From: Lama glama
Taxonomy: Eukaryota
Direction: 5' to 3'
DNA length: 64,000 nucleotides
Assembly: GCA_028534125.1 (NCBI GenBank)
Contig: CM052816.1
Span: 21,392,001 to 21,456,000, forward strand
Part shown: positions 23,990-36,520 of the stretch, piece after piece
Layout of the letters: the number at the start of each line of letters is the position of its first letter
Numbering within the stretch: position 1 is the first letter of the stretch
Notes under the pieces: generated by a model
What the model was told of the DNA's origin: nothing
Seen by the model: only the letters and a program-made list of their open reading frames with translations
Database searches by the model: none
Translations under genes and position numbers: made by a program

Positions 23990-24140
23990 GGATATATTGC
24001 TATCCCCACTTCACTGACAAGATAATGAAGGCTCAGAGGAGTTAAGTCAACTCATCCATGGTCACACAGTGGGTTTGTCACAGAGCTAGGGCTTGACCTC
24101 TAGACAGTTCATTCCAAGTCCAGTGTGTTTTCACTCCCAC
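23990..24140 (-). mobile_element. MIR SINE
   Basis: ATCCCCACTTCAC...GGCTCAGAGGAGTTAAG...GGTCACACAG. Confidence 0.7.
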
Positions 24141-25679
24141 AGTGGTTATCTTTCTCAACAACTCCCACATTCCAGCACTGGAGGGCAGGCAGGATATATT
24201 CTGAGTTGAACACACAGAGAACACCCACTGAATGTTTGGTGGTAGTGGTGTGGATCACAATGAGTACAATCATTCAATTAACAAGTCTTCCCAGAGTGTC
24301 TGGGAGCTCTGGGGGGCAGGGACAGGCCTATTCTGTTCACTGCTATATTCCAGCATCTAGCAGTGCCTGACACATAGTACTTGCTCAATAAATGACAGTG
24401 AATTCACGATTTTTCATTCAAATAAAAAAACAAAAAAGTAAATAATAGGAGTTAATATCTATGGAGTGCCTACCTCTAGCCAGCTCTCAGGGAGTCTCCA
24501 AGAGAGCTGAGGAGAAATAGAACACTGGCGAGGCTACAGCTTGGGATTTTACATCACAAAAGTATCTATATAAAAGTCATGAGAACACCAAAGATAGAAA
24601 GATTCTCAGCAGCAACCCTAAGCTTACCTACCACGTTGGAGGCCATGCCAGCAGCTGTTACCATCACAACCTGAATACGCCAACCGCCAAAGCACACAAA
24701 CCCAGACTTGCCATCTGCCTCCATGGTTCTGTCCAGACCATACTTTTACTGCCTCTCCCGACTGCATAACCAGAATGCTGAGGGCCATAAGACAAACAGT
24801 CATGGAAATTGGTGACCATTTAGCTTGAAAAAGGAGGGTGGTCTTCAATACCTGATGGGCTGCCGGGGGCCAGAGCCCTGGGCACCTCCTGAGGAAGTCT
24901 GCTCTGGCTGGGCTGTCTGGAAATGGACCGGAGAAGCAGGGAGCCTGGCAGGCTACCTCTCTGAGGCCTGATGAGGCCTACTCTCTGCAGCATATACTCT
25001 ATACATTTGTTCACACACATTTAGTAACTGTCATCCATGGCCTATTCCAGGCTAGGGAGATAGGGTGAATAAAACAAGCTTGCCACTTTAGAAAGCACCC
25101 TAAGAGGGACAGTCAGGAAAGCCTCATCCTGTGGCCTTAGACTCCTTATTGTGCATAGCATAAGGCCACTGCTGTCTCAGCCACTGCTGAAGGCCATTTT
25201 CTTCCTGTATTCTGAAGGGGCCAAGCATAAGGCAGATAATCAACAAACACACATATTCCTGAAGTGGTGATCCTGGGATGGGAACTCCAACCGAATCAAT
25301 ACTCTATGAGGGCCAAGTGGGCTGGGTCCCAGGCATGGTCATTTGCACGTGTCCTTCTGCCCTTCAGATCCCCTCAAGTCCATCCAGATCTTGACCATGG
25401 TGTCTTCCAGCCTGTTTCCACAACCACTGGTTTCTCATTTCCCAGCTGCAGTGATATGTCAAAGGATGTCCTCCAATCCACAAGTGCACACTGGCTTTTA
25501 TCTTCCATTCCTTCCAGGGCTCCTCATCTGCAGTTAACAGTTGTGGTTCAGCAAACAGTGTAGAATCTGAGTGCTGTACCAAAAAAGGCTAATGTGGGGT
25601 AGAGCTCATTCTGCTGTCCTGTCCACTCACTGCACTGGTCAGTGCTGGAAATGACACAGTACACTTTTATTTTTAATTC

Positions 25680-26260
25680 CAAAACAATAACTAGGCAGAA
25701 AATGCACAAAGCATATATATGTTCAGTTTAATAAGTATAAAATATAAAGCAAATATCTGCATAACCACTACCAAGTCAAGAGATAAAACAATGCCAATAC
25801 CCTCAAAGACCCCTGTGCAACACCAACCCTCCCCTGTGGTCATGACTAAATTGACTTTTGTGATGATAATTTCTGTGCTTTTTATAGTTTTACTTCCTCT
25901 GCATTTATCTTTAAACAATATAGTTCAGTTTTGACAGCTGTTAAACTTCATGAAAGGAATCACACTGTATGTATTCTTTTGCAGCTTCACTTAACATTAG
26001 TTGACGAGAGTTACAGAATTATTACAGTATTATTATCTAATATTACAGTATCACAGGTCGCTGTAGTTCATTCATTTTCACTGCAGAAATAGTGCACAGT
26101 TTTTATTTGCATTCTCTAGTGCTGATGCACATTTGGACTCTTCCTGGTGCTGTGTGGATATTGTGGTGCACATGGGTGAGAGTTTGGTTAGAGCAGATTC
26201 TGAGGAGTGGGGCTGCTGGGTGAGAGGGTACATATATTTTCATTACCAGATCACTTACAT
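25680..26260 (-). mobile_element. Old L1 (L1MD/ME-like) 3' fragment
   Basis: GAATCACACTGTATGTATTCTTT...GTAGTTCATTCATTTTCACTGC...GAGTGGGGCTGCTGGGT. Confidence 0.7.
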
Positions 26261-26836
26261 ATTTTTCAGTTCTGAAAATGTTCCTCATGGAGGCAGTGCT
26301 GTAACACCTGAGTATTGTCTGGGACAGAGGAAATGAGGGATGCCTGCTCTTGCAGGTTGACTGACCCACCTTTGTTCCTCCAAACTTGTTCCCTCCAGCC
26401 TGGCCGCCCTGTCCCCACTGGCACCTGTAGGCTGAGGCCTCTTGGCAGCAGGCTCTTCTCCAGCCTCCCTACTTCAATGATGCAGTTGGGTGATGGTAGG
26501 AGGAGGCTGAGAATGAGGAAGTGGAAACCAAATACAAGGGCCACAGTGAAGTCTGGTCCACAAACCTCAGTACTTCAGCAGCACACTCTGTGGGAGAGGA
26601 ACGTGCAGCCTACCAGTGCAGCATGCCTAGCAGGCACCAAGCCCACAAGCGCCAAGGTGTGCCACCAGACAAGCCACCACTTTGCACTAGGTTCCTGCAC
26701 ATAAGTCACTTCACGGAATTCTCATCCCAACCTGTGAGGTAGGTGTTATCCCATGTCACAGATGAAGACCCTGAGGCACAAAGACATTGAGCGACTGGCA
26801 ACACAGGACAACTGTTAATTTGGACTAGTTTAAATT

Positions 26837-27032
26837 GGGTTTATGTATTTATTTATTTATTGAAGTCTAGTTGATTTCCAATGTTGTGTTAATTTCTGGT
26901 GTACAGCACAGTGATTCATTTATACATATATATATATTCCTTTTCATGTTCTTTTTCATTATAGGCCATTACAAGGTATTGAATATAGTTCCCTGTGCTA
27001 TACAGGTAGGACCCTATTGTTTATCAAAATCG
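26837..27032 (-). mobile_element. Short, 5'-truncated younger L1 3' end
   Basis: (TTTA)n tail then TTGAAGTCTAGTTGAT...GGTGTACAGCACAGTGATTCA...ATAGTTCCCTGTGCTATACAG. Candidate TSD AGTTTAAATT at 26827-26836 and 27033-27042. Confidence 0.8.
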
Positions 27033-27042
27033 AGTTTAAATT

Positions 27043-27202
27043 ATGCCTTCCCTACTTACTGGTGCAAACTTGGGCCAGTTGCCTGACTTCCTTTAGTTTC
27101 AGTTTCCTCTTCTGTAAAATGGGGCTAATTTAACTCACAGGGTTATTGAGAAAGCTAAAAGAGATAACGTGTAGAAGGAGCTTAGCAGAGTACCTGGCAC
27201 AA
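27043..27202 (+). mobile_element. MIR SINE
   Basis: ACTTACTGG...TTGGGC...CAGTTTCCTCTTCTGTAAAATGGGG...CTTAGCAGAGTACCTGGCAC. Confidence 0.8.
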
Positions 27203-30200
27203 ACGAGGGATGAGCAAGACTATGAAATGGGAACTATGGAGTTCCAAGGTTGACAGCTAGGACATGGTGGGGGTGGGAGGGTACAGCTCATCTTAGTGAG
27301 CTGGAACCAGGCCACCAAGCTGAGGGAGCAGATGGGTGCTGTGTGAAGACTCAGTCAGTGGAGTACTGGCCAGGTGGACTCTGAAACGTGGGCACCCAGG
27401 CAGTCCTGCTGCCCTGGCACCTTTGCCCAGAGCTCTCTACCTATTTGTGGTTGCTTCAAAGGGCAGTAATTTCTGACAGGGAGCAGCTGGATCCCTGCAC
27501 ATAAAAAAGCTTCAGCCCAGCTTCAGCGCTGGCCTGCAGGAGGCCACATTGGCTGACAGCAGCAGTGGCAGCCAATGGGCAGTGGAGCCTGTTGCTAAGG
27601 TCACTGGTGAACCTTATTTGGCAACATGAGGCTGACCCTGCATTCACCTCTGAGAACCCTGGGAAACGCCAACCACAGATGTGAAGTGAACGTCTGAAAA
27701 CCACAACTGCATTTCCTTTGAGAAAAGATTCGCCTCTCCTCTCTAGCCTGCCTCTCTCAGGCTGGACGCCTTTTGTACAGTGGCTTGCAAACTCAAGAGA
27801 GAAAACCCTGGGTGGGGAGTCTGCTACCAGCCTATCCTGGACAAGCCTGCACAGGGAGAGGGCACAGGCTACTGCACAGGAGGCCCCAGGATGCACCAAG
27901 GACGTGAAAGTCTTCTGTTCTCACCCCGGCAGCTGCCGACCTCCTGCCCCAAGCCTCCCTGCACACACTCTGCAGTGTTCCTGTCCCCACTTCCGGTAGC
28001 CTTGGGAAGTAGCTGGTATGAGGAAGACCAATGGCACGCAGGGAGGAAGTGGGCCTGCCCAGGCCCTTACCATCTGCACCAGCTTCAGTGTAGCCTGCAG
28101 CTCAAACGGTTGGTGGTTTCAGTTTTTCACCTTTCTTCGGTGCATCTTCAAGCTGAACATTAAATAAGTAAAACTGTTGCCCCATCCCAGACGTGTGAGG
28201 GAAGCTGCGCCTTCAATATTTCCAAAATAATACTCCCTCTTTCCTCATATTCATAAGCACCTTCGAGTCTGGGAACTGTGTTCACATCTGCCATCTTGTT
28301 GGATCCTCATAAGCCCCACGAAGGTAATAACAGCTAACAATGACTGAGCCCTCACCCGGTGTCAGGAACACGAATTAACTCGCAAAATCCAATATAACTG
28401 TTCCAATTTGACAGAAGAGAAAAATGAGGCAAAATGAGGCAAACAGTAATTGACTGGCTCAAGGTCACAGTCCGTAAGGGAGAGCTGAGATTTTTATCCC
28501 AGACTGCCCAGTTCCAAAGTATACCCTATTATCTTCTGTTATATTGCCCTTCAAGGCACATACATAAGAACAAATTCTATCTATGGATGAGAAAATAAGG
28601 CTGAGAAGAAAAAAAGGTGTGGGACCTGACATCAGGGCTGCTTCCCATGCCCGCTATTCCAAGCACCAAAGATACAGCAGTCAACAACAGAGATCAGGTT
28701 CTGGGCTTCAACGAGCTTAGTTCCAGTGAGGGAGACAGACAAGAGGCAAATAATTACACAGACAGCTGGAAAACACAAGGTGTTATGAGAAGGTGCACCT
28801 TCAGGGTCTTAATCGAAGAAGGAGTGTGTGGGATTGGGGGATTGGGGCAGCAGGGATGGTGTGGAGTTAATGGGGAGGGACAGTTCTTGGCCCCTGTCCC
28901 ACTGCTCTACTCTCCCACGCATTCCAGTCCCTTCAGGAAATCTGCTTCCATGAAAGCTTCTCTCCGGGTATTGTCAAAGTTGCCTCAAGCGGTGCCTTTG
29001 CGGCAGCTGCTTTTAGTGTTTGTGCCTGAGTGAGCACAAACTCAGGTGTGTGTGCCGTGGGAGACCGGGGGGGGGGGGAGGGCAGACTAGGGTGTTTGAT
29101 CTTTGATCCTCAGCTAACTCAAGCACCTTCATTCCTCATCAAAGTCCTGCGTGAACACGTGGGAGAGCACCGGCAGGGGGTGAAGAGAGGGTGAAGGCAG
29201 CCGGCAGGGCCAGAATCTGCTGGTACGAAATGCTGGCATAAAAGGTTCAATTCTGAGAAACATTTTCAGATTAACTGAAAGCCAGGGCCCTTCCCAAAAT
29301 ACCTCTTAAAACAGTCGTTCAACATAAAGCATGAAATTAACTTTTGCTGAAGAGGAAGCCCTCCAGGGCTGGCAGCAGCAGGCCAGCCTTGGGGGACTGG
29401 TGCAGCGCTGCTGCCGTCACTGCTGGCACCTCCTGGGCTGCAGGCTGCCATCGCGACCCTGCACTGGTGTGCTCACCGCGAAGCTGCTAAGGGATACCTC
29501 GCTGCCTTCGCTAAACATGCTTTTTCCCTACTTCTCCACTCTTTCTCACTTGGGGACTCTCCCTACGGAAAAGAAACTGCAGCTCTTTGGGTTGTAAGGC
29601 TGTGATTTCCAGTTGCATTTCCCAATTTCCATTTAGAAGCTGCTCTGCCAGCACTTCACTCCTAGAGCCCCAGGGCACCACAGAGGAGCTGAGGTGAAGA
29701 AAAAAGTGTTCCTGCCAGCACCCTGCTCTCTGGGGCTCTCTGAGGGTGGGGACTGGCCAAACTTCCTGTTGGGGAGGCTGTTAAAATGCAGATTCCTGGC
29801 TCCCCAGTCTCTGAGGTGGTATATTTGGGCCCTTCTAATTCAGGTGTGTACCCCTACTATGGCAGTCACAGCCTCAGAGACCATCAAAACAGCCAGAGCA
29901 CAGCTGAACACAGCCGAACACAGCCCAATCCCTCCCCAAGCTCTTCCCACAAGTGCTTGTGAAACTCTATTACCCATCCCTGGCTCCTTCCCTTTCTGGT
30001 GTTGGACTCATTTCAGATGTCAGCTCTTTGGGACTGGAGGTCTGTAGGAAGCCCAGGTCATGGTTCTCACACAAGCTCCTCTTCCTCATACTCCAGATTT
30101 CCCTTTAAGATACTAATTTGTAATAGGCATTACTGGAATCAAAAGAAAAATTATATTAAGAGACTTTAGGTCCTTTGCTCTATCCCTGCTCCATTTATGT

Positions 30201-30264
30201 GTAATTTATCGCCTGTCTAATTCCAAAAAGGATTTAAGGACATTTACATCTGTTTTTTTTTTCC

Positions 30265-30320
30265 TGTGTGTGTGTGTGTGCGTGTGTGTGAGAGAGAGAA
30301 AAGAAAGAGAGAGACAGAGA
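30265..30320. repeat. Compound (TG)n/(AG)n microsatellite
   Basis: TGTGTG...GAGAGAGAGAAAAGAAAGAGAGAGACAGAGA. Confidence 0.9.
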
Positions 30321-31814
30321 AAGATTCTGTGTGGGGTGGGTCTTAAAATGAACCCTTGCCCTGGTTTGCCCTTGGAGGGAGCAGGTGGTCAGGTCACCAA
30401 GTCTGGCAGATGTAGACCTCTGCTAATCTCTAGGGCAAATTTGTTCTTCAGTGTTTCTAGTATCACTTTTTGATCAATCATTAATCAAAGTTGCAATAAA
30501 AAGATAATCTTCTCAGGGCTGGGCTGTAAATGTCCTGGTTAAAAACCTTAAATAAACCCTTCTGTGGAGGCCTCAAAGCTAAGAGAGAAGGGCCTCATGT
30601 CTGTGGCTAGGTTCGGAAACAAATGAAGGCTGGGCACAGACATGAACTTCAGTCACATGAGTGGCTGTGGCTTCTTGCTTCACCTCTTGCTACCAAAGAA
30701 GCTGATCATGTCCTGGCTCCTGGACCAGGTGACATAGCTGGGGAAGGAGGTTGCAGCTGGGCCCAAATGTGGGGGCCTGGGAAACACTTCCACAAGGTGT
30801 GACATCTGTGGCATGGCTCTGGGGCCTGGTCTGATGGCAGCCCCCAAAGCCTACAGAGCCCATGAGGTGGAGGGTGCCCCTTTCTCTGATAGCTTGGCTC
30901 ATTCCTGCTGACTCACTGTTATGCAGGGCAGAGTCGTGCCTGGGCTGAAGAAGGAGGCCCACTGCTCAAGGGAGGAAGAGGGGAAGTGGCTGTCCTCCCA
31001 GGGCCCAACAGAGGCATAGGTTGTGGGGCCCTCACTCCTCTCCCAGCTCCCTCACAGTGGCAAAGGCGGATCTGCTCTTTGGGGCATGAGGGCGCAGGCT
31101 CCTGACTGGCTGCAGAAGCTGGATCTAGGAGCTAGAATCAACAGGGATAATATGAGGCCCAGCACCAGGTCCAAGAAGCAGGGACATCAAGGCAGGGCAC
31201 GGAGACCGGAGCCACAAGCAGCCTCGACCAGAAGACTTAGGATTTAGTTGTGAGGAACCTTTGCAGGAACCACAATGACTGCATCATCCAAGAAAGCTGA
31301 CGTGCTCAGGTGGATGCTTCTAAGACGTGTATTACCTAAGAAGGTGGGAGAGGCATTCACTGTTCTCTCCAACCCTTTCTGACACATTCCTGGGTCCACT
31401 CTGGTACCACATTTCCAGACACATGGAAGAAATAGGCATTTTCAGAGAAGAGTAATCCTAGAGGTGCAGGGCAGTGAAATCAGATGTGAGAAACTGTTCA
31501 AGAATTGATGTCCAGAACAGAGATAGAATTGTTTTGGATGGCTGGAAGGGAGGAAAGCAGTATCAATGGGAACAGTCGAGAAACAGATGTGAGAAGACTT
31601 CCTATAGGTCCAGTATGGTCTCCAAAGGTAGACAGATACACACATGCAAACACACATACACACATATTTTTTGATAGAGAACAAGAAAGGAATGAAAAGA
31701 CATGTACTGAAAATTTAACAGCAGTTTTCTCTAGGTGATAAGATTATGAATGATTTGAATTTTTCCCCTTGTGCTTATCAATAGTTTTTTAAATGTCTGT
31801 AATATACCCAAATT

Positions 31815-32602
31815 ACTTTTTTATTATCGCAAAATATACATAACATAAAATTTACCATTTTAACTATTTTTAAAGCAGGCAATTCAATGGCATTAAGTAC
31901 ATTTACATTGTCGTGCAGCCATTACTACCATTCAGCTCCAGAATGTTTTCATCATCCTCAACATAAACTTCAAACCCATTAAACTAATTCCTTACGCTTT
32001 CCTACTGCCAGTGGTTGGCAACTCCCATTCTGCCTTCTTTCTCTATGAATCTGACCATTCTAGGTACCTCATATAAGTGGAATCATACAATATTTGCCCT
32101 TCTGTGTCTGGCTTATTTTGCCTCTTAGCCTAATGTTTTTCAAGGTTCATCCATGTTGTAGCATATGGTAGAATTTCTTTCCTTTTAAAGGCTGAATAAT
32201 ATTCCATTGTGTGTATATACCACATTTTGTTTATCCATTCATCTGTCAATAGACACTTGGATTGTATCCACCTTTTGGTTATTGTGAGTTATGCTGATAT
32301 GAACATGGGTATACAAATATCTCTTTGAGACACTGCTTTCAGTTCTTTTGGATATATACCCAGAAGTGGAATTACTGCATTATGTGGTAAGTTTATTTTT
32401 AATTTTTTGAGGAAATGTTATATTGTTTTCCATAGTGGCTCTACCATTTCACATTCCTACCAGCAGGGCACTGGCGTTCTAATTCCTCCACATCCTCACC
32501 AACACTTATTTTCTGGGGTTTTTTTTTTTTTTTTGACAATTGCTATCCTAAAGGGTGTAAAGTGGTATCTCATTGTGGTTTTGATTTATATTTCCTTGAT
32601 CT
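31815..32602 (-). mobile_element. L1 (L1MA/MB-like) 3' fragment
   Basis: AAATTTACCATTTTAAC...CTAGGTACCTCATATAAGTGGAATCATACAATATTTG...ATACCCAGAAGTGGAATT...GGTATCTCATTGTGGTTTTGATTT. Confidence 0.88.
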
Positions 32603-35194
32603 AAACTACCTACTTTTTAATCCAATTTTGTCTGAATCAAATACTTCATTCTTTATTTCTTGATAATATAGATATTTGTCTCCTTTTTTTTGTACCTAAT
32701 CTTTGCATTATGGTTTTTTAAATTGTGGTAAAATATACATAACATAAAATTTATATTCATAACCATTTATAAATGTAAAATTCAGTATTGTTAAGTAAAT
32801 TCACACTATTGCGACCTAAAACAAATTACTTTTATAATAGTAAGAAGAAACAAAAGGCTATTTTTAAAAAAGAAGAAGAAAGCAATGAATTCTCAGCCCC
32901 TAGAGATATTCACATACTTTGGCTCAGTCTTGGCAGGGATTTGCATCCATCCACTGAGCACCTCTGATGTACTGGGCTCTGTGCAAGGCAGGGGGCTCCA
33001 AGGTCTGGTCTCGTCCTCAGATTTCAGCCTCTGTGGGGAGCAGTTATACCCAAAGCTGCTGTGGGCCCAGCAGGCTGCCCTGTCTGCAGGTGCAGTGTTG
33101 GGAAGGCAACACAGCTGAGGTGGCATGTGAACTGAGCCCCAAAAGATGAGCAGAGTTTGCAGGTGCATAAGGGCAGAAAGGAATTGCCCTGTGCTACTGG
33201 GCTGTGGCAGCACCTATCACAACTGCCATTACAAAAGCACTTGCTAACAATTTATATCTGTCTACCCTACTTGATTGTAAGCTTCATGAGAGCAAGGCCA
33301 GGTGGTCTTGTTCACTGTTGAACCTGACCACTGTGCCCAACGCAGACAGGGGTAAAATGAACACTTGCTGAATAAATGAGTGGATGAGGATGAAGAGGAG
33401 GAGAGAGGAGACGTCTCCTTCTAGAATCTTGGCCACAAGGGGCCAACAACATGGCTGTACATCATGGGGAAGGGGTGGAGAGAATCATTGCGTGGACGTT
33501 GGAGATAGGATCATGCCAAACTTTGCACCACAGAAGCCAGTGGAGAAGGAGTCTGAAGACCCAGGTTTGACAGAACTGAAGGGCTTGACTGCTGAGGGCT
33601 GGAAGAAAGGGAAGAGGCTGAGACGTAGGATCAGTGGAAGAAGAGTGTCTCTTTTTATGAGACTCAGATGGCAAATATGAAAAAGACAAGAAATGCCAGT
33701 CATTGACAAGGATGTGAAGCAACTGGAATTCTCATACACTGCCGGGGAGGGTGTTCTTCCCAGGCTTCAGACAGCACTTTGGTTGCTGGTTGGTTCAGGC
33801 TACCATTTGCACCAATCAAGGAGATCCCAACATCTGCATTTGGACTATTAGACATGAAATGCTCTATGCCCAGAGCAATTTCCAAGATGGGACTGAATCC
33901 ATGGGAAACAGCATAACTGAGAACACGGAGTTGGCTCTGTGCTCATCAGCCTCCAAAATGTCAACTTTGCCCACGTGCCTCCTTGACCCTTACCTTACGT
34001 CATGCAGCTGGCAGGACTTCAATCAACAGAATGTGGACCCTGCTCTTTCCAAAGAGCACGGTGTGGGCTCTTGGGCATTCTGGTAAACTTCATCAGGGTA
34101 TGCAAAGCCCCTCTGCCTGAGGGGCCTTTATGCACACCTAGTCAGGCACCAGCATCCTAGTCCCCTGCTGGTGGTCCAACTTGCCTACCGGACATGTGGC
34201 ACATGTGCCAACACAGAGCTCACACAAGGAAGCACTGCTTGGTACCTGCACAGCTCCAGTTTGAGGGGAGGAAAATGCTGACTCTGAACGTGGTCTATAT
34301 TTTTACTGCATCTTCATGTTCAATTTGGAGAATGTTATCACTGAGGTACCAAATGCCACTTCACTCACTGTGGGGGAGCATGAAGAAATGCCCAGTGGTC
34401 CCTGGGATGAGGCTGCAGTCCAGAGGCAGGGACAAGATGAACATAGATGATGCAATGGGGACTCAATAGAAGGCAATGTGTAATCAGGAGCCATGTTGCA
34501 TGCTATCTCTCTAAGTGCTGCAGGAGCTCAGAAGAGTAAGGGGTCAAGTTGGGGTGGGGTGGCCAAGGAAGGTCCTGGAGCAGGGCCCCCAAGGTATAGC
34601 AGAAGATAGAGGAGACCATTACAGGTGAGGGAATAACAACTGGGACCTATATGTAAACCCACAGAACTCAAGAGCTGGCCTGGATCCATGTAGGAGACCC
34701 CCCCAGACTTCTCTTTCACCCAGGAGAGAGGCCACAGACAGCAGGCCTCCCTCAACCCCACTCAGGTCCCTGGAACAGATGCTCCACTGTCCACAGCCTA
34801 ACCACAACCCCCACATGAGCTGTGTCCCATTTATGCTGGCCTAGAAACTGGGAAGTACCTGGCATGGGGCCCCCTTCACTTCTTCCACATGATTGCTAGG
34901 GCTCTGGGGGGACCAGCAAGGGATCATTTTTGTGGTCAGGAAATATCTGCGGCAGTTGTGGACACCACAGGTCCTCCCTGAACCCTTGTGAAGTGGAGGC
35001 CACATTCCCAAAGATTCTCAACTTGCCTAAACTCTAGCTCTAGTCTCTTCCTTCTTCCTGGTAGCTCATCTTGGTATGGCAGGTGAAGGTTATCTTTCTA
35101 CAGGTCCATCAGGTCCCCTCAGATCCAAAATACGCTAAACTCAAAAGCAGGACGTCACAAAACAGAACAGTAGATACTAAGTTGTGGTTCAGCT

Positions 35195-35260
35195 CAATGA
35201 TCTTTAAACTTGGCTGCACACAGAGCCACCTAAGGGTCTTCTTAAAAGTACTCATATCCA
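35195..35260 (+). mobile_element. MER5-type hAT MITE, left half
   Basis: CAATGATCTTTAAACTTGGCTGCACACAGAGCCACCT resembles the MER5B left end. Confidence 0.55.
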
Positions 35261-35261
35261 A

Positions 35262-36075
35262 ACACTTCAACAGGCACTTTGCAAAGAGAGGATCTAAATG
35301 GCTAGCAGACATGTGAAAAGGTGCTTAACTGTATTAGTCATCAGAGAAATGCAAATTAAAACCACAATGTAATATCATCACACACTCACCAGAATGTCTA
35401 ACGTGAAAAAGCCGGAAAATACCAGTTGTTGGCAAAGATTCTGTGAAGCAACCAGAACTCTCATATATTGCCAAGGGGAGTGTAAATTGGTACAGTCGCT
35501 TTGGAAAATTATTTGGCATAAGGTACCAAAGATGAACATACTAATTTTGAGACCTGACCAGCAATTTCATGTCCAAGTACGGACTCACAGAAATGCATGC
35601 AAATGTGCTCTAAGACACCAACGAATGCTCATAGCAGTAGTCATAATAACCCCAAAGTGCCAACAATAACCCAAGTACCCAAATGTAGATAAATGGATGA
35701 ATATCCACATGGTGGAATACTCTAGCAATGAGAATGAACTAACTACAACTATAAGCAACAGCTTTGATGAATCTCACAAACACAATGTTGACTGGAAGAA
35801 GCCAGACACAAAAGAATATATACTGCATAATTCCATTTATATAATATAAAGCTCAAAAACAAGCAAAGCTGATTTATACTGTTAGAAATTAGAATGGTGG
35901 TTACCCTTAGGGGCACCAGGGGATGCTGGTGATGTTGCTTCTTGATCTGGATGCAGATTACTTGGGGTAAATTCACTTTGTGAAAATTCACCAAGCTTTA
36001 CACTTATGGTTTATGTTTTTTTCTTTTCCTTTTTTCTTTTTTGCATGTATGTTATACTTCAATAAAGACTTAAAT
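35262..36075 (+). mobile_element. L1 (L1MD/ME-like) ORF2 end plus 3' UTR fragment
   Basis: CAGAGAAATGCAAATTAAAACCACAATG...GTAAATTGGTACAG...TGTATGTTATACTTCAATAAA. Confidence 0.85.
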
Positions 36076-36094
36076 GTTTAAAGAACTTAAAATT

Positions 36095-36390
36095 TTTTTT
36101 CAATTAAAAAACTTTATTTTGAATAACTCTAGATTCATAGAGGGTGTCAGAACTGTACAGAATTCTCTTATACTGTACTTGGTTTGCCAAAAGATAGTAT
36201 CTTGCATAGTCATAGTATAATCATCAAACATAAGAAGTTTACAGTGGTCCAATGATACTATTAACTAAACTGCTGATTTATCCAGGGTTCATCAGTGTCT
36301 TGCTAAGGGTTTTTTTTTTTTTCTGTTCCAGGATCCAATCTAGAATCTCTCATTCCATTTAGTTGTCATGTCTTCTTGTTCTTCAAGAAC
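36095..36390 (-). mobile_element. L1MC-like 3' end fragment
   Basis: AACTTTATTTTGAATAACTCTAGATTCA...TCTGTTCCAGGATCCAATC...ATTTAGTTGTCATGTCT. Confidence 0.65.
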
Positions 36391-36404
36391 TCTGACAGTA
36401 AAGA

Positions 36405-36520
36405 AGTTTTTAAAACCCAGATCAATTCAGCCAGTATCTCTGGGGTGAGAATGAGGCCCAGGCATCAGTATTTTTTTTGGATTCTAGATTGTAATGTACA
36501 GCCAAAATTGAAAGCCACTG
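36405..36520 (+). mobile_element. MER5-type hAT MITE, right half
   Basis: ATCTCTGGGGTG...GCCCAGGCATCAGTATTTTT...GATTGTAATGTACAGCCAAAATTGAAAGCCACTG. Confidence 0.6.

Noticed and set aside
29067..29082. Long G homopolymer run
   Set aside because: Simple mononucleotide run of uncertain length; no independent evidence of function.
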